This document shows positions 30,138 through 38,985 of a stretch of 64,000 bases of DNA, in pieces. The notes beneath the pieces were generated by a model, which was not told where the DNA came from, made no database searches, and saw nothing but the letters and a program-made list of their open reading frames with translations. The translations under genes and the position numbers were made by a program. Every line of letters begins with the position of its first letter. Position 1 is the stretch's first letter. Source of the stretch: Dehalococcoidia bacterium (GTDB taxonomy: Bacteria > Chloroflexota > Dehalococcoidia > Lucifugimonadales > SHYT01); contig SHYT01000003.1 of assembly GCA_009692665.1 (NCBI GenBank), forward strand, positions 66,389 through 130,388, given 5' to 3'.

Positions 30138-31175
30138 GTGCGCATTCTTGGAATAGAAAGCTCGTGCGATGAGACTGCTATCGGCATTGTTGAAGATGGC
30201 CGCAAGCTGCTCTCTAACGTGGTCAGTTCACAGGTGGAAATCCACGCACGCTACGGCGGCATCGTACCAGAAGTCGCCTCGCGGCAACACGTCCTCGCTA
30301 TCCTGCCCATTTACCACCAGGCGCTGGAGTTAGCGCGCACCCGTCCGCAGGACCTCGATGCTATCGCCGTGACCAACGGACCGGGACTCGCAGGCTCCTT
30401 ACTTGTTGGGCTGAATTTCGCAAAAGGGCTCGCGCTGTCGCTTGGCATGCCGCTCCTGGGCATGAACCACATGGAAGGGCACATCTACGCATTCTGGCTG
30501 GAAGACGCGCCAGACCCCTCAAAAGAGCCAGGTTTCCCCCTCATCATCCTCCTCGCTTCCGGCGGGCACACAGAACTGGTACTCATGTCCAACCACGGCC
30601 AGTACCGCCTCCTTGGGAAAACACGCGACGACTCCGCAGGTGAGGCATTCGACAAGGCAGCCCGCTTGCTGGGCCTTGGCTTCCCTGGCGGACCAGAAAT
30701 TCAGCGCGCAGCAGCAGGCGCAAAATCATCCGAGCCGTTCACGCCGCCCATGCTCCATGAAGGGGGACTCGACTTCAGCTTCAGTGGTCTCAAAACTGCA
30801 CTGGTGCGGCGCGTGCAGGACACCCCTGTCCCTGTCGTTGGGCCATTCGCTGCGGGGTTTCAGCGCTCCGTAGTAGAGGTCCTCGTTACCAAGACACTTC
30901 AAGCAGTAGGGATACACGGGGCAAGAGGCGTCATCCTCGGCGGTGGCGTAGCGGCCAACAGCCTCCTTCGCGAGCAGATGCAGGCTCGCGCTCCCGTGCC
31001 AGTGCTCCTGCCGAGGCCGGGTCTTTGCACGGACAATGGCGCTATGGTTGCGGCGGCGGCGGCCTTCCGATATGGCAGTGCGCTGCCGCGCACGGGCTAC
31101 GGATTGGACCTGGACGCAATACCGAGTTTAAAGATTGATGATGTCCCAGGGGGTTATCAAACCCTCCGGACTTGA
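30138..31175 (+). CDS. tsaD: tRNA t6A threonylcarbamoyltransferase
   Basis: ILGIESSCDET, GGIVPEVASRQH, HMEGH, SGGHT, GEAFDK, CTDNGAM. Confidence 0.97.
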   Translation: MRILGIESSCDETAIGIVEDGRKLLSNVVSSQVEIHARYGGIVPEVASRQHVLAILPIYHQALELARTRPQDLDAIAVTNGPGLAGSLLVGLNFAKGLALSLGMPLLGMNHMEGHIYAFWLEDAPDPSKEPGFPLIILLASGGHTELVLMSNHGQYRLLGKTRDDSAGEAFDKAARLLGLGFPGGPEIQRAAAGAKSSEPFTPPMLHEGGLDFSFSGLKTALVRRVQDTPVPVVGPFAAGFQRSVVEVLVTKTLQAVGIHGARGVILGGGVAANSLLREQMQARAPVPVLLPRPGLCTDNGAMVAAAAAFRYGSALPRTGYGLDLDAIPSLKIDDVPGGYQTLRT

Positions 31176-31399
31176 AGATTTACGTGGAGGCATTACACCG
31201 CCGTCCAACTACTGCAATCGCACGTTCAGGGTGTTCTCGCAATTGATTCTGACGCCTTGACTGCTAAGCGGAATTGCTAGATGGCAAGGGTATCCAGATG
31301 CCGCCCCAACAGCAAGTGAGCACGACGTTCAAGAAGGCACCACGGGCAAAGGAACCAAAGGGCACCAACCTAGCCTTGCCGCTAGGTTGACCCTGCGTC

Positions 31400-31781
31400 A
31401 AGCGTTACATCACCTTCGCAAAAGGACTGTGCCCTGTGGTGGCTGCGGGAGATGTGGCGGAGATACAGCAGGCGCTTCTCGTAGAAGCGCCTGCGTCGGC
31501 CTTGGCTACGAAACATGCACCGAAACTCATTGGCTTCTCAACGCGCCGGCGAGATTGCTGTGAACATCCTTCTACCGTTCGCAGCAGCCTTTGGGAAGGC
31601 AAAAAGTGACACTAATTTGGCAAGGAAAGCATTCGCTGCCTACGAGGCTTGGCCGGCGCTAGAGACAAACCACAAAGTGGGAGAGGCTGTACGGGTTTTC
31701 GGGCTACGCGTGCCAGTGTCCCAGTTGACCGCCCGGCAGCAACAGGGATCGCTGCATCTTTATAAATCTCACCTTGGTTAA
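31400..31781 (+). pseudogene. C-terminal remnant of a DUF2851-like gene
   Basis: KLIG/RAGEIAVNILLPF (frame change near 31535) and TARQQQGSLHLYK; no N-terminal part recognisable. Confidence 0.55.
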
Positions 31782-31982
31782 CGAAACAAGGAGGGTGATG
31801 TCCCTTAGAGAATGGATTCGTGCATAAAATCGCACAGGGTGGTATCAAGGACGTAATCCATAAACCTTGTAAGTAGGATTTATAACAAGCATAGCTTGTA
31901 GGCCGTGCGCGGCTGTGTTACCCTTAGAATAGGCTCATCTAAAAGAGCCGTGCGTTACCACAGGATCGGAAAGGAGAATGAC

Positions 31983-33533
31983 ATAGCGATTACTATACCT
32001 GTCATCCTTTTCGCCATCGTGGCCTTGGTCATTGGGACCGGTATCGGATACCTAGTCCAGGCAAAGCGCGCCAGCAAGATACTGGCCGGCGCTGAGGCGA
32101 AGGCCCGAGAGGCCGACGCTGAGGCAAAAGATGTGCTGCAGAACGCTGAGGCCCAGAAGAAGACGTTACTTCTGGAGGGCCAAGATGAACTGCGCAAGCT
32201 GCGAGTTGCTCAGGAAGCTGAGCTTCGAGAGCGGCGCAGCGAACTGCAGCGGCAAGAACGCCGCGTTGCGGGCCGTGAAGAAGCCCTTGATCGGCGGTCG
32301 GACAGCCTGGAGCGGCGGGAGCGCGCCATTGGCTCGCGCGAGCAGGAAATGGAGCAGCGCCTTGCCGAGGTAGAGGACCTTAAGAAGCGTCACCTCAAGG
32401 AGCTAGAGGTAGTGGCGAACCTGAACGCTGCCGAAGCTCGCGAGTTGGTGCTGAAGAAGGCTGAAGAGGATACGAAGCAGGATCTTGCGCGCCAGTACTA
32501 CGAGTTGCAGCAGCGATTCGCCAGCGAGGCCGACCAGCATGGTCGCAGGCTCCTGGTGGAAACGATGCAGCGGCTGGCGTCCGATGTTGTTTCCGAGTCC
32601 ACCGTTACTGTCGTCCCGTTGCCCAATGATGAGATGAAGGGTCGTCTCATTGGCCGTGAAGGGCGGAACATTAGAGCAATAGAGCAGGCCACCGGGGTAG
32701 ACCTGATCATCGATGATACGCCGGAAGCAGTTACTATATCTTGCTTCGATCCCGTGCGCCGTGAAATCGCTAGGCTCGCGCTCACAAAGCTGATTAGTGA
32801 CGGGCGCGTGCAGCCGGGACGCATTGAGGAAACGGTTGAGAAGGCCCGCCAGGAAGTCGAAAAGACCGTTTGGGAGTCCGGCGAGCGTGCCTGCTTGGAG
32901 GTAGGCGTCACTGGTCTGCATCCGGAGGTAATCAAGCTGCTGGGCAGGCTCATCTTCCGGACCAGTTATAGCCAGAATGTGCTGAAGCACAGCATTGAAA
33001 TGTCATTCATGGCGACGATGATAGCCACGGAATTGGGAGCCAACGTCAACGTGGCCAGGGCAGGCGCACTGCTGCACGACTTGGGCAAAGCTCTCACCCA
33101 TGAAGTGGAGGGTCCCCATGCGGAAATTGGCGCAGAGTACGCCGCCAAGTACAACGTGCCTGAGCCAATCCTGAAGTGCATTCGCGAGCACCACGATCCG
33201 CAGCAGACTACAGTTGAGTCATGCATAGTGCAGATGACGGACGCGCTTAGCGCAGCGCGTCCCGGCGCACGGCGTGACACGCTGGAGCGGTACGTGAAGC
33301 GCCTAGAGGAGCTCGAAGCAGTCGCCAATAGCTTCCCTGGTATCGAGCGGTGCTTTGCCATCCAGGCAGGCCGTGAGGTGCGGGTGATAGTGAAGCCGGA
33401 GCAGGTGGATGACGCCAATGCTTTGATGCTCGCCAAAGACATCGCTAAAAAGGTGCAAGACAAGCTGGCGTTCCCGGGCCAAATCAAAGTCGTAGTCATC
33501 CGCGAAACGCGGTCGACTGAATACGCCCGGTAG
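31983..33533 (+). CDS. rny: Ribonuclease Y (probable non-canonical ATA start)
   Basis: N-terminal TM, coiled coil, KH (KGRLIGREGRNIR), HD (LLHDLGK); SD AAGGAG 6 nt before in-frame ATA 31983. Confidence 0.93.
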   Translation: MAITIPVILFAIVALVIGTGIGYLVQAKRASKILAGAEAKAREADAEAKDVLQNAEAQKKTLLLEGQDELRKLRVAQEAELRERRSELQRQERRVAGREEALDRRSDSLERRERAIGSREQEMEQRLAEVEDLKKRHLKELEVVANLNAAEARELVLKKAEEDTKQDLARQYYELQQRFASEADQHGRRLLVETMQRLASDVVSESTVTVVPLPNDEMKGRLIGREGRNIRAIEQATGVDLIIDDTPEAVTISCFDPVRREIARLALTKLISDGRVQPGRIEETVEKARQEVEKTVWESGERACLEVGVTGLHPEVIKLLGRLIFRTSYSQNVLKHSIEMSFMATMIATELGANVNVARAGALLHDLGKALTHEVEGPHAEIGAEYAAKYNVPEPILKCIREHHDPQQTTVESCIVQMTDALSAARPGARRDTLERYVKRLEELEAVANSFPGIERCFAIQAGREVRVIVKPEQVDDANALMLAKDIAKKVQDKLAFPGQIKVVVIRETRSTEYAR

Positions 33534-33563
33534 CGACGACGCCACGGCAAATTGGTGTCCGGT

Positions 33564-33594
33564 AGGTAGGGGCGAGGTAACCTCGCCCCTACCT
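33564..33594. repeat. GTAG-type REP-like palindrome
   Basis: Perfect 14-bp inverted repeat AGGTAGGGGCGAGG-taa-CCTCGCCCCTACCT. Confidence 0.7.
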
Positions 33595-33660
33595 GTTTAT
33601 GGATGCACGATAATAGGGGCCAAAGTTTCGCCCGCGCAGAAGCGGTAGCAAGGGAATGTC

Positions 33661-34428
33661 GTGCGTATCTTGATGATTGGTGACGTGGTGGGGCGACCAG
33701 GACGACGCGCCCTGGAGTTGTTCGTCCATGGCTTGCGGAAAGAATTCGCCATTGACATGGTCATTGCCAACGGGGAGAACTCCGCAGGCGGTTTCGGCAT
33801 TACGTCTGAGACCGCAGGCGAAATATTGCGGGCGGGCGTAGATGTCATCACTACTGGCAACCACATTTGGGACCAGCGGGAAATAATCCCGCACCTGGAC
33901 GAAGGGCTTCCTATTCTGCGGCCGCTGAATTACCCGCCGGGCTCTCCGGGGCGGGGGTTCATGCTCAAGAGTGGCGTGCTCGTCATTAATGCGATGGGCC
34001 GCGTCTTCATGGACGCGCTCGACTGCCCGTTCCGTGGCATTGATGCTGTGCTCCAGTCCGTTAATCCGCTGCCGAAAGTCATTGTCGTAGACCTGCACGC
34101 TGAGGCGACCTCTGAGAAACAGGCTATGGCCTGGTATTTGGACGGCAGGGTAAGTCTCGTCGTGGGTACGCACACCCATGTGCCTACTGCGGACACCCGC
34201 ATCATGCCCAAAGGCACTGCCGCTGTGACTGATCTTGGTATGGCAGGCCCAGCACTTTCGGTTATTGGCATGGACCCTGCTACTGTACTTGAGAAGTTTC
34301 TGACTCAGACCCCGCGCCGATTCACCGTTGCCAGTGGACCCGTCAAGATGAATGCCGTCCTCGCTGATATTGATGAGACTACTGGCAGAGCGCGCTCTAT
34401 TGTCCGTGTGGACAGGGAGGCGGCATGA
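33661..34428 (+). CDS. ymdB: YmdB-like metallophosphoesterase (TIGR00282 type)
   Basis: GDVVG, NGEN, TGNHIWD, DLHAEATSEK, GTHTH; follows rny. Confidence 0.92.
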   Translation: MRILMIGDVVGRPGRRALELFVHGLRKEFAIDMVIANGENSAGGFGITSETAGEILRAGVDVITTGNHIWDQREIIPHLDEGLPILRPLNYPPGSPGRGFMLKSGVLVINAMGRVFMDALDCPFRGIDAVLQSVNPLPKVIVVDLHAEATSEKQAMAWYLDGRVSLVVGTHTHVPTADTRIMPKGTAAVTDLGMAGPALSVIGMDPATVLEKFLTQTPRRFTVASGPVKMNAVLADIDETTGRARSIVRVDREAA

Positions 34429-35285
34429 CGATTGGCAACGCCCAAGTCGACCTGCACCTGCACACCACAGCATCCGACGGGCGGCGCACTCCACAAGAAC
34501 TAGTGCAGCTGCTCGTGAAGCGCGGTGTGCGCTATGCCGCCATCACCGACCACGACACCACTGAGGGCCTGGACGCCGCGTTTGAAGAAGCTGCAAAACA
34601 CCCTGGCCTGACGCTTATTCCCGGGATTGAGCTTTCCTGCGACATACCCGGCAGCGAAGTGCACATGCTAGGGTTATTCATGGACTACAGGAACCCGGAA
34701 CTGCAAACGACGCTCAGGCGCTTTCGCGATGGGCGCGCCCATCGGGGCCAGCAGATGGTGGAAAAGCTCACCGCGCTGGGCTATTTACTTGAGTGGGCTG
34801 ATGTCCAGCGCATAGCTAATGGCGCAGCCATCGGCCGCCCCCACGTTGCGCTTGCGCTTATGGAGCGCGGCTACGTGTCCAGCACGCAAGAAGCCTTCGA
34901 CCGCTTCTTGGGCAGGAACGGCCCTGCCTATGCCGAGCGGGAAAAGATGACGCCGGTGGAGGCCATCCACATGATTTCCGCCTACAAAGGGCTGGCGGTG
35001 TTCGCGCACCCCACATTCACTGAAAACGCGGATGCTCTGATATCAGAGATGTGCCAGGCCGGCTTAGTAGGTATGGAAGTGTTCTATAAAAGCTACCCGC
35101 CGGACGTAGTTGGATATTTATTCCGCTTGGCGCGCAAGCACAATCTGGTGCCGTGTGGTGGCACGGACTTCCACGGCTTGAGCACACACGGCGAAGTGGA
35201 GCCCGGCACAGCTGGCCCCCCCATCGAGGTGTTCACGCAGCTTGAGCGTCTCGCAAACGCGAAGAGGAGCGTTACCACCGCGTGA
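34425..35285 (+). CDS. PHP-domain phosphoesterase (TrpH/YciV-like)
   Basis: DLHLHTTASDG, AITDHD, GRPHVA, AHP, GGTDFHG. Confidence 0.9.
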   Translation: MTIGNAQVDLHLHTTASDGRRTPQELVQLLVKRGVRYAAITDHDTTEGLDAAFEEAAKHPGLTLIPGIELSCDIPGSEVHMLGLFMDYRNPELQTTLRRFRDGRAHRGQQMVEKLTALGYLLEWADVQRIANGAAIGRPHVALALMERGYVSSTQEAFDRFLGRNGPAYAEREKMTPVEAIHMISAYKGLAVFAHPTFTENADALISEMCQAGLVGMEVFYKSYPPDVVGYLFRLARKHNLVPCGGTDFHGLSTHGEVEPGTAGPPIEVFTQLERLANAKRSVTTA

Positions 35286-35992
35286 ATGCGCTGACACCCT
35301 CATCTTGGCTTGTCGCGCTTGTTGTTCTGGCAGCCTACCTGTGGGGTGGGGTGCCTTCCTCGTATCTCGTGGTTCGCCTCAAGAAGGGTGTAGACCTCCG
35401 CAAGACTGGCTCCGGTAACGTTGGCGCCACTAACGTTATGATGCACCTGGGCTTCAAGACCGGCCTTCTTGTGGGCGCGTTTGAGGCCATTGGCAAAGCC
35501 ACCATTCCTATTCTGTTGGTGCGTCTCTTCGGCCTCAGCTTAAGCGTCCAGGTCGCCGTTGCGCTTGCGGCCATCGCAGGCCACAACTGGTCGCCGTACT
35601 TAAAGTTCACAGGCGGACGAGGTATTGCTACCATGGCAGGCGCCATTATCGGCCTACTGGCCTGGAGTGATTTTATTGTTATGCTCTTCTTTGCTATCCT
35701 CATCGGCCGCATCATCACCAAGCAGTTCGCGCTGTGGACTACGGTTGCCCTTATCTTAATGGCGCCGGTCTCGCTGCTGATCCGTGCACCGTCCGAAATC
35801 ATTTGGTTCAACATCGGCGCATTCGGTATCATTGCGGCGAAGCGGTTCACGGCGAACTGGGAGCGTCCTGCCAAGGGCGTGCCGCTCTACAAGGTCTTTT
35901 GGTACCGTTTCCTGTATGACCGCGACATAGCAGACCACACGCAGTGGATCACACGTGGCATCACTAACACCTATCGCCCCAGTACGCGGTAG
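35282..35992 (+). CDS. plsY: Glycerol-3-phosphate acyltransferase
   Basis: GSGNVGATN, GHNWS, FTGGRGIAT; hydrophobic. Confidence 0.88.
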   Translation: MNALTPSSWLVALVVLAAYLWGGVPSSYLVVRLKKGVDLRKTGSGNVGATNVMMHLGFKTGLLVGAFEAIGKATIPILLVRLFGLSLSVQVAVALAAIAGHNWSPYLKFTGGRGIATMAGAIIGLLAWSDFIVMLFFAILIGRIITKQFALWTTVALILMAPVSLLIRAPSEIIWFNIGAFGIIAAKRFTANWERPAKGVPLYKVFWYRFLYDRDIADHTQWITRGITNTYRPSTR

Positions 35993-36115
35993 CGCGCAGG
36001 CGCGCGCCGACCTGCTGAAGAGACCCTGTTATTGAGAGAGATGAGTCTCCACAGTCAACAATTTATCGAAGGGAAGAGAGTCCAGAGGGTTGCAGTCCTC
36101 TGGCGTAGCAAACCG

Positions 36116-36628
36116 ATGGCCCAAGAAATACTCTATTGCTCAAACCACAAAGACATTGAAACGACGCTTCGCTGCGCGAAGTGCGATAAGCCCATCTGCG
36201 GCAAATGTGTCGTCTTCACCGACGTGGACACCCGGTGCCGTGAGTGTGCGCGGCTGCAGCGCATTCCCACCTATAATGTCAGCCCCATCTACCTCGTGCG
36301 CGGTCTGGTTGGCGGCCTTGCGATAGGTGTGGCCGCTGGCTTTACACTTGCGCTGCTGCTGACCGTCGGTCTGCCGGGCCAGCTTGGGCGCGTGGCGGGC
36401 ATCGTTGGGCCGCTCGCCATCATAGCCATTGGGTATACCGTTGGCGAGACCGTGACGCTGGTCACCAACAAGAAGCGAGGCCCGGCGCTTCAAGCTGTTG
36501 GTGTGGCAAGCCTGGTAGTCGGCTATCTGGTGCTTGAAGCGCTGACACCATGGCTCATAATCGGTAGCCTGTTCGGCATCATAGCGGCCATCGTCGCCAT
36601 TGCGATTGTTGTTGGGCGGCTTCAATAA
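36116..36628 (+). CDS. B-box-like Zn finger fused to membrane helices
   Basis: CSNH..ETTLRCAKCDKPICGKC....RCREC followed by 3-4 TM segments. Confidence 0.8.
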   Translation: MAQEILYCSNHKDIETTLRCAKCDKPICGKCVVFTDVDTRCRECARLQRIPTYNVSPIYLVRGLVGGLAIGVAAGFTLALLLTVGLPGQLGRVAGIVGPLAIIAIGYTVGETVTLVTNKKRGPALQAVGVASLVVGYLVLEALTPWLIIGSLFGIIAAIVAIAIVVGRLQ

Positions 36629-36780
36629 CCTGACCCCTGAGGCTGGTCCACTTTATCAAAAGCACTTCGTTTTGCATGGCGCGCCCCTCAATTTAGGTGG
36701 CGCTATACTGTTTTCGTATCACAGAATTAATCAAACTATAGTTTGCGCCCCAGAAATGGCCATATCAGGGAGGGACACGG

Positions 36781-37968
36781 ATGCCCATCTCCGCAAAAGT
36801 CCGCCAGGCCATGCAGTCGCAGTCCTGGATACGCCAGATGTTTGAGCTCGGCATTGCGCTGAAGAAGCAGTACGGCGATGAGAACGTCTATGACCTCTCG
36901 CTGGGCAACCCCATCCTGGAGCCGCCCGCAGCGTTCCAAGCCGAGTTGAAGAAGCTGGCAGAGCACCCCGGCAAAGGCACGCATCGCTACATGCCCAACG
37001 CGGGCTATTTGGAGACTCGCCAAGCGGTAGCCACGCACATTGCTACAGACACCAGCCTGTCCTTTACAGATGCCCACATAGTCATGACTGTTGGCGCAGG
37101 TGGCGCCATTAACGTGACGCTCAAGGCGTTGCTTGACCCTGGCGATGAAGTGCTGGTCCTTGCGCCATTCTTCCCGGAGTACATGGCGTACGCTGACAAC
37201 CATGGCGGCTTAGCGCGCATTGTGAAAACCGATGAGTCCTTCCAACCGGACCTGGAAGCACTGGAGAAGGCCATCACGCCGCGCACGAAAGCGCTTATCG
37301 TCAACTCGCCCAACAATCCCACCGGCGTCATCTACACAGATGAGAAGCTGCGGGGCTTGGGACAGGTGCTGGCTCGCGCCCAAACCCGTATCGGCCATCC
37401 CGTCTACATGATCAGCGACGAGCCGTACGCCAACCTCGTGTACGACAGCCAACCATTTCCACGTCCAGTGCACTACTACGAGACGAGTATCATAGCAACG
37501 TCCTACTCTAAAGACCTCTCCCTCGCTGGCGAGCGCATTGGCTATGTGGCAGTGCATCCCTCTTGCCCGGACGCACAAGAACTGGTGAATGCCTGCATTT
37601 ACACGAACCGTGTGCTCGGGTTTGTGAATGCACCAGCGCTCATGCAACATCTAGTCCGAGCGCTTCAGGACTCGCACGTGGACGTCGCCTGGTACCAGCG
37701 GCAGAGGGACACGGTCTACAACGCCTTGAAGAAAATGGGCTATACCTTAGCCAAGCCGCAGGGTGCCTTCTACGCTTTCCCGCGTTCGCCCATTCCGGAC
37801 GACGTTGCGTTTGTGCAAGAGCTTCTCAGGGAGCGTGTCATCGTTACGCCGGGTACGGGGTTTGGAGCGCCGGGATACTTCCGGATCTCCTATTCTGTAG
37901 AAGAGCGAGTGCTGAACGGCGCGTTAGAAGGTTTCGCGCGGGTGGCAAAGGCACATAAACTCGGCTAG
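36781..37968 (+). CDS. PLP-dependent class I/II aminotransferase (aspartate aminotransferase-like)
   Basis: NSPNNPTG, SDEPY, SYSKDLSLAGERIG. Confidence 0.93.
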   Translation: MPISAKVRQAMQSQSWIRQMFELGIALKKQYGDENVYDLSLGNPILEPPAAFQAELKKLAEHPGKGTHRYMPNAGYLETRQAVATHIATDTSLSFTDAHIVMTVGAGGAINVTLKALLDPGDEVLVLAPFFPEYMAYADNHGGLARIVKTDESFQPDLEALEKAITPRTKALIVNSPNNPTGVIYTDEKLRGLGQVLARAQTRIGHPVYMISDEPYANLVYDSQPFPRPVHYYETSIIATSYSKDLSLAGERIGYVAVHPSCPDAQELVNACIYTNRVLGFVNAPALMQHLVRALQDSHVDVAWYQRQRDTVYNALKKMGYTLAKPQGAFYAFPRSPIPDDVAFVQELLRERVIVTPGTGFGAPGYFRISYSVEERVLNGALEGFARVAKAHKLG

Positions 37969-38040
37969 CCGCACGCCACTGCATGTGGTCACAGTACATC
38001 CCCTCGACATCCACCAAGAGCGCGGCACGTGATTCTACGC

Positions 38041-38079
38041 AATAAAAAGGGCGCCTCCAATGGAAGCGCCCTTTTTATT
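38041..38079. terminator. Bidirectional intrinsic terminator
   Basis: AATAAAAAGGGCGC...GCGCCCTTTTTATT between convergent units. Confidence 0.85.
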
Positions 38080-38118
38080 GCTGTGGCTCCACCCCTTGAA
38101 GCGTGCCTAACCCGAAAG

Positions 38119-38172
38119 TTAAGCAATCCCCTCAAAGGAGGGAGCCAATGGTTGTGCTGGGTTGGTACGCAT
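38119..38172 (-). CDS. 17-aa small ORF (MRTNPAQPLAPSFEGIA) in a structured short transcript
   Basis: Perfect SD AAGGAGGTGA (38179-38188) 6 nt before ATG; own promoter and terminator. Confidence 0.6.
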   Translation of the reverse strand: MRTNPAQPLAPSFEGIA

Positions 38173-38200
38173 AGGCTCTCACCTCCTTCCATGTAAATTC

Positions 38201-38229
38201 AGTCTATCAAAGCAAAGTCTAGGGTGCAA
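38201..38229 (-). promoter_or_regulatory. Sigma70 promoter of the small transcript
   Basis: TTGCAC (38229-38224), 17-nt spacer ending TGA, TAGACT (38206-38201), i.e. an extended -10. Confidence 0.65.
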
Positions 38230-38258
38230 TGGCTGTCGAATAAATGTGCTGATTATTG

Positions 38259-38804
38259 CTACGTGGCTTGGTGTACGCTCACGCGACCATATGCCATCTC
38301 AATCTCGAGGTGAAGCTTGCTGCTGGCTGCGGCGTATTCAGGCGAAGTATGCATAGCGCGGCGAAGGACTCCGCTCATTTGACACCCAAGGACCCTGACT
38401 TCACCCACCGTCACCTCTGCGTCCACGCTGGCGACAACCTCGGCCGGGAGCCACACTTCTACCACCCCAACGACGCCATTCACGATGACGGAGTGCTCGC
38501 CTGGCACTGCTGTGGCTTGTCTGAAGTCCAGCACAATGGAGCCGAGACCGACCTGATAGACGCTATCGCTGATGGTTGTTGGGGCTGCGCGTATGGAGCC
38601 GAGTGTCTTGTCCTGAAAGACGGGTGGTGGGTTTCGGTGGTAGCGACGGAGCGTGCCGAGTATGAGGGGGAGCAGGAGCAGCACGCTGGCGCCCAGCGCG
38701 GCATCGCCGAGGCTGATGTCCACGACGCCTGTGCCGTTCAACAGCGCCACTGCCGCCACGATGACAAGCACCAGCAGCAGCACCTGCCGCCAAACGGCTC
38801 CCAT
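38259..38804 (-). CDS. LiaF-like (DUF2154) cell-envelope stress protein
   Basis: 2 TM segments, then beta-rich GLGSIVLDFRQA..VVGVVEVWLP..VTVGEV..MAYGRVSV. Confidence 0.75.
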   Translation of the reverse strand: MGAVWRQVLLLVLVIVAAVALLNGTGVVDISLGDAALGASVLLLLPLILGTLRRYHRNPPPVFQDKTLGSIRAAPTTISDSVYQVGLGSIVLDFRQATAVPGEHSVIVNGVVGVVEVWLPAEVVASVDAEVTVGEVRVLGCQMSGVLRRAMHTSPEYAAASSKLHLEIEMAYGRVSVHQAT

Positions 38805-38972
38805 CTACTGGGTGCGGCCGCGCCAGGGACCCTTGAAGTTGCCAAGCAAAATGCCGAGGCCGATAACAATCAAGATAACGGGCCAGTACGTGCCAAGGCC
38901 CTGCGTAATGATACCTAGCTTCTCCAGAAGCAGCAGCACACCGACTGCGATGAGGACCAGACCGAACAACAT
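38805..38972 (-). CDS. LiaI/LiaF-type small 2-TM protein (DUF5668-like)
   Basis: GLVLIAVGVLLLL..LG....YWPVILIVIGLGIL pattern; abuts the LiaF-like gene. Confidence 0.75.
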   Translation of the reverse strand: MLFGLVLIAVGVLLLLEKLGIITQGLGTYWPVILIVIGLGILLGNFKGPWRGRTQ

Positions 38973-38985
38973 TGCTTGACCTTTC

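Noticed and set aside
38179-38190. TCACCTCCTT as a 16S rRNA 3' end
   Set aside because: No flanking rRNA sequence; it is the reverse complement of the small ORF's SD
38041-38200. Small transcript as tmRNA, 6S or SRP RNA
   Set aside because: No tRNA-like acceptor/T-arm ends, no SRP GGAA/AGCAG loop, no end-to-end pairing with a central bubble; it has its own SD and ATG
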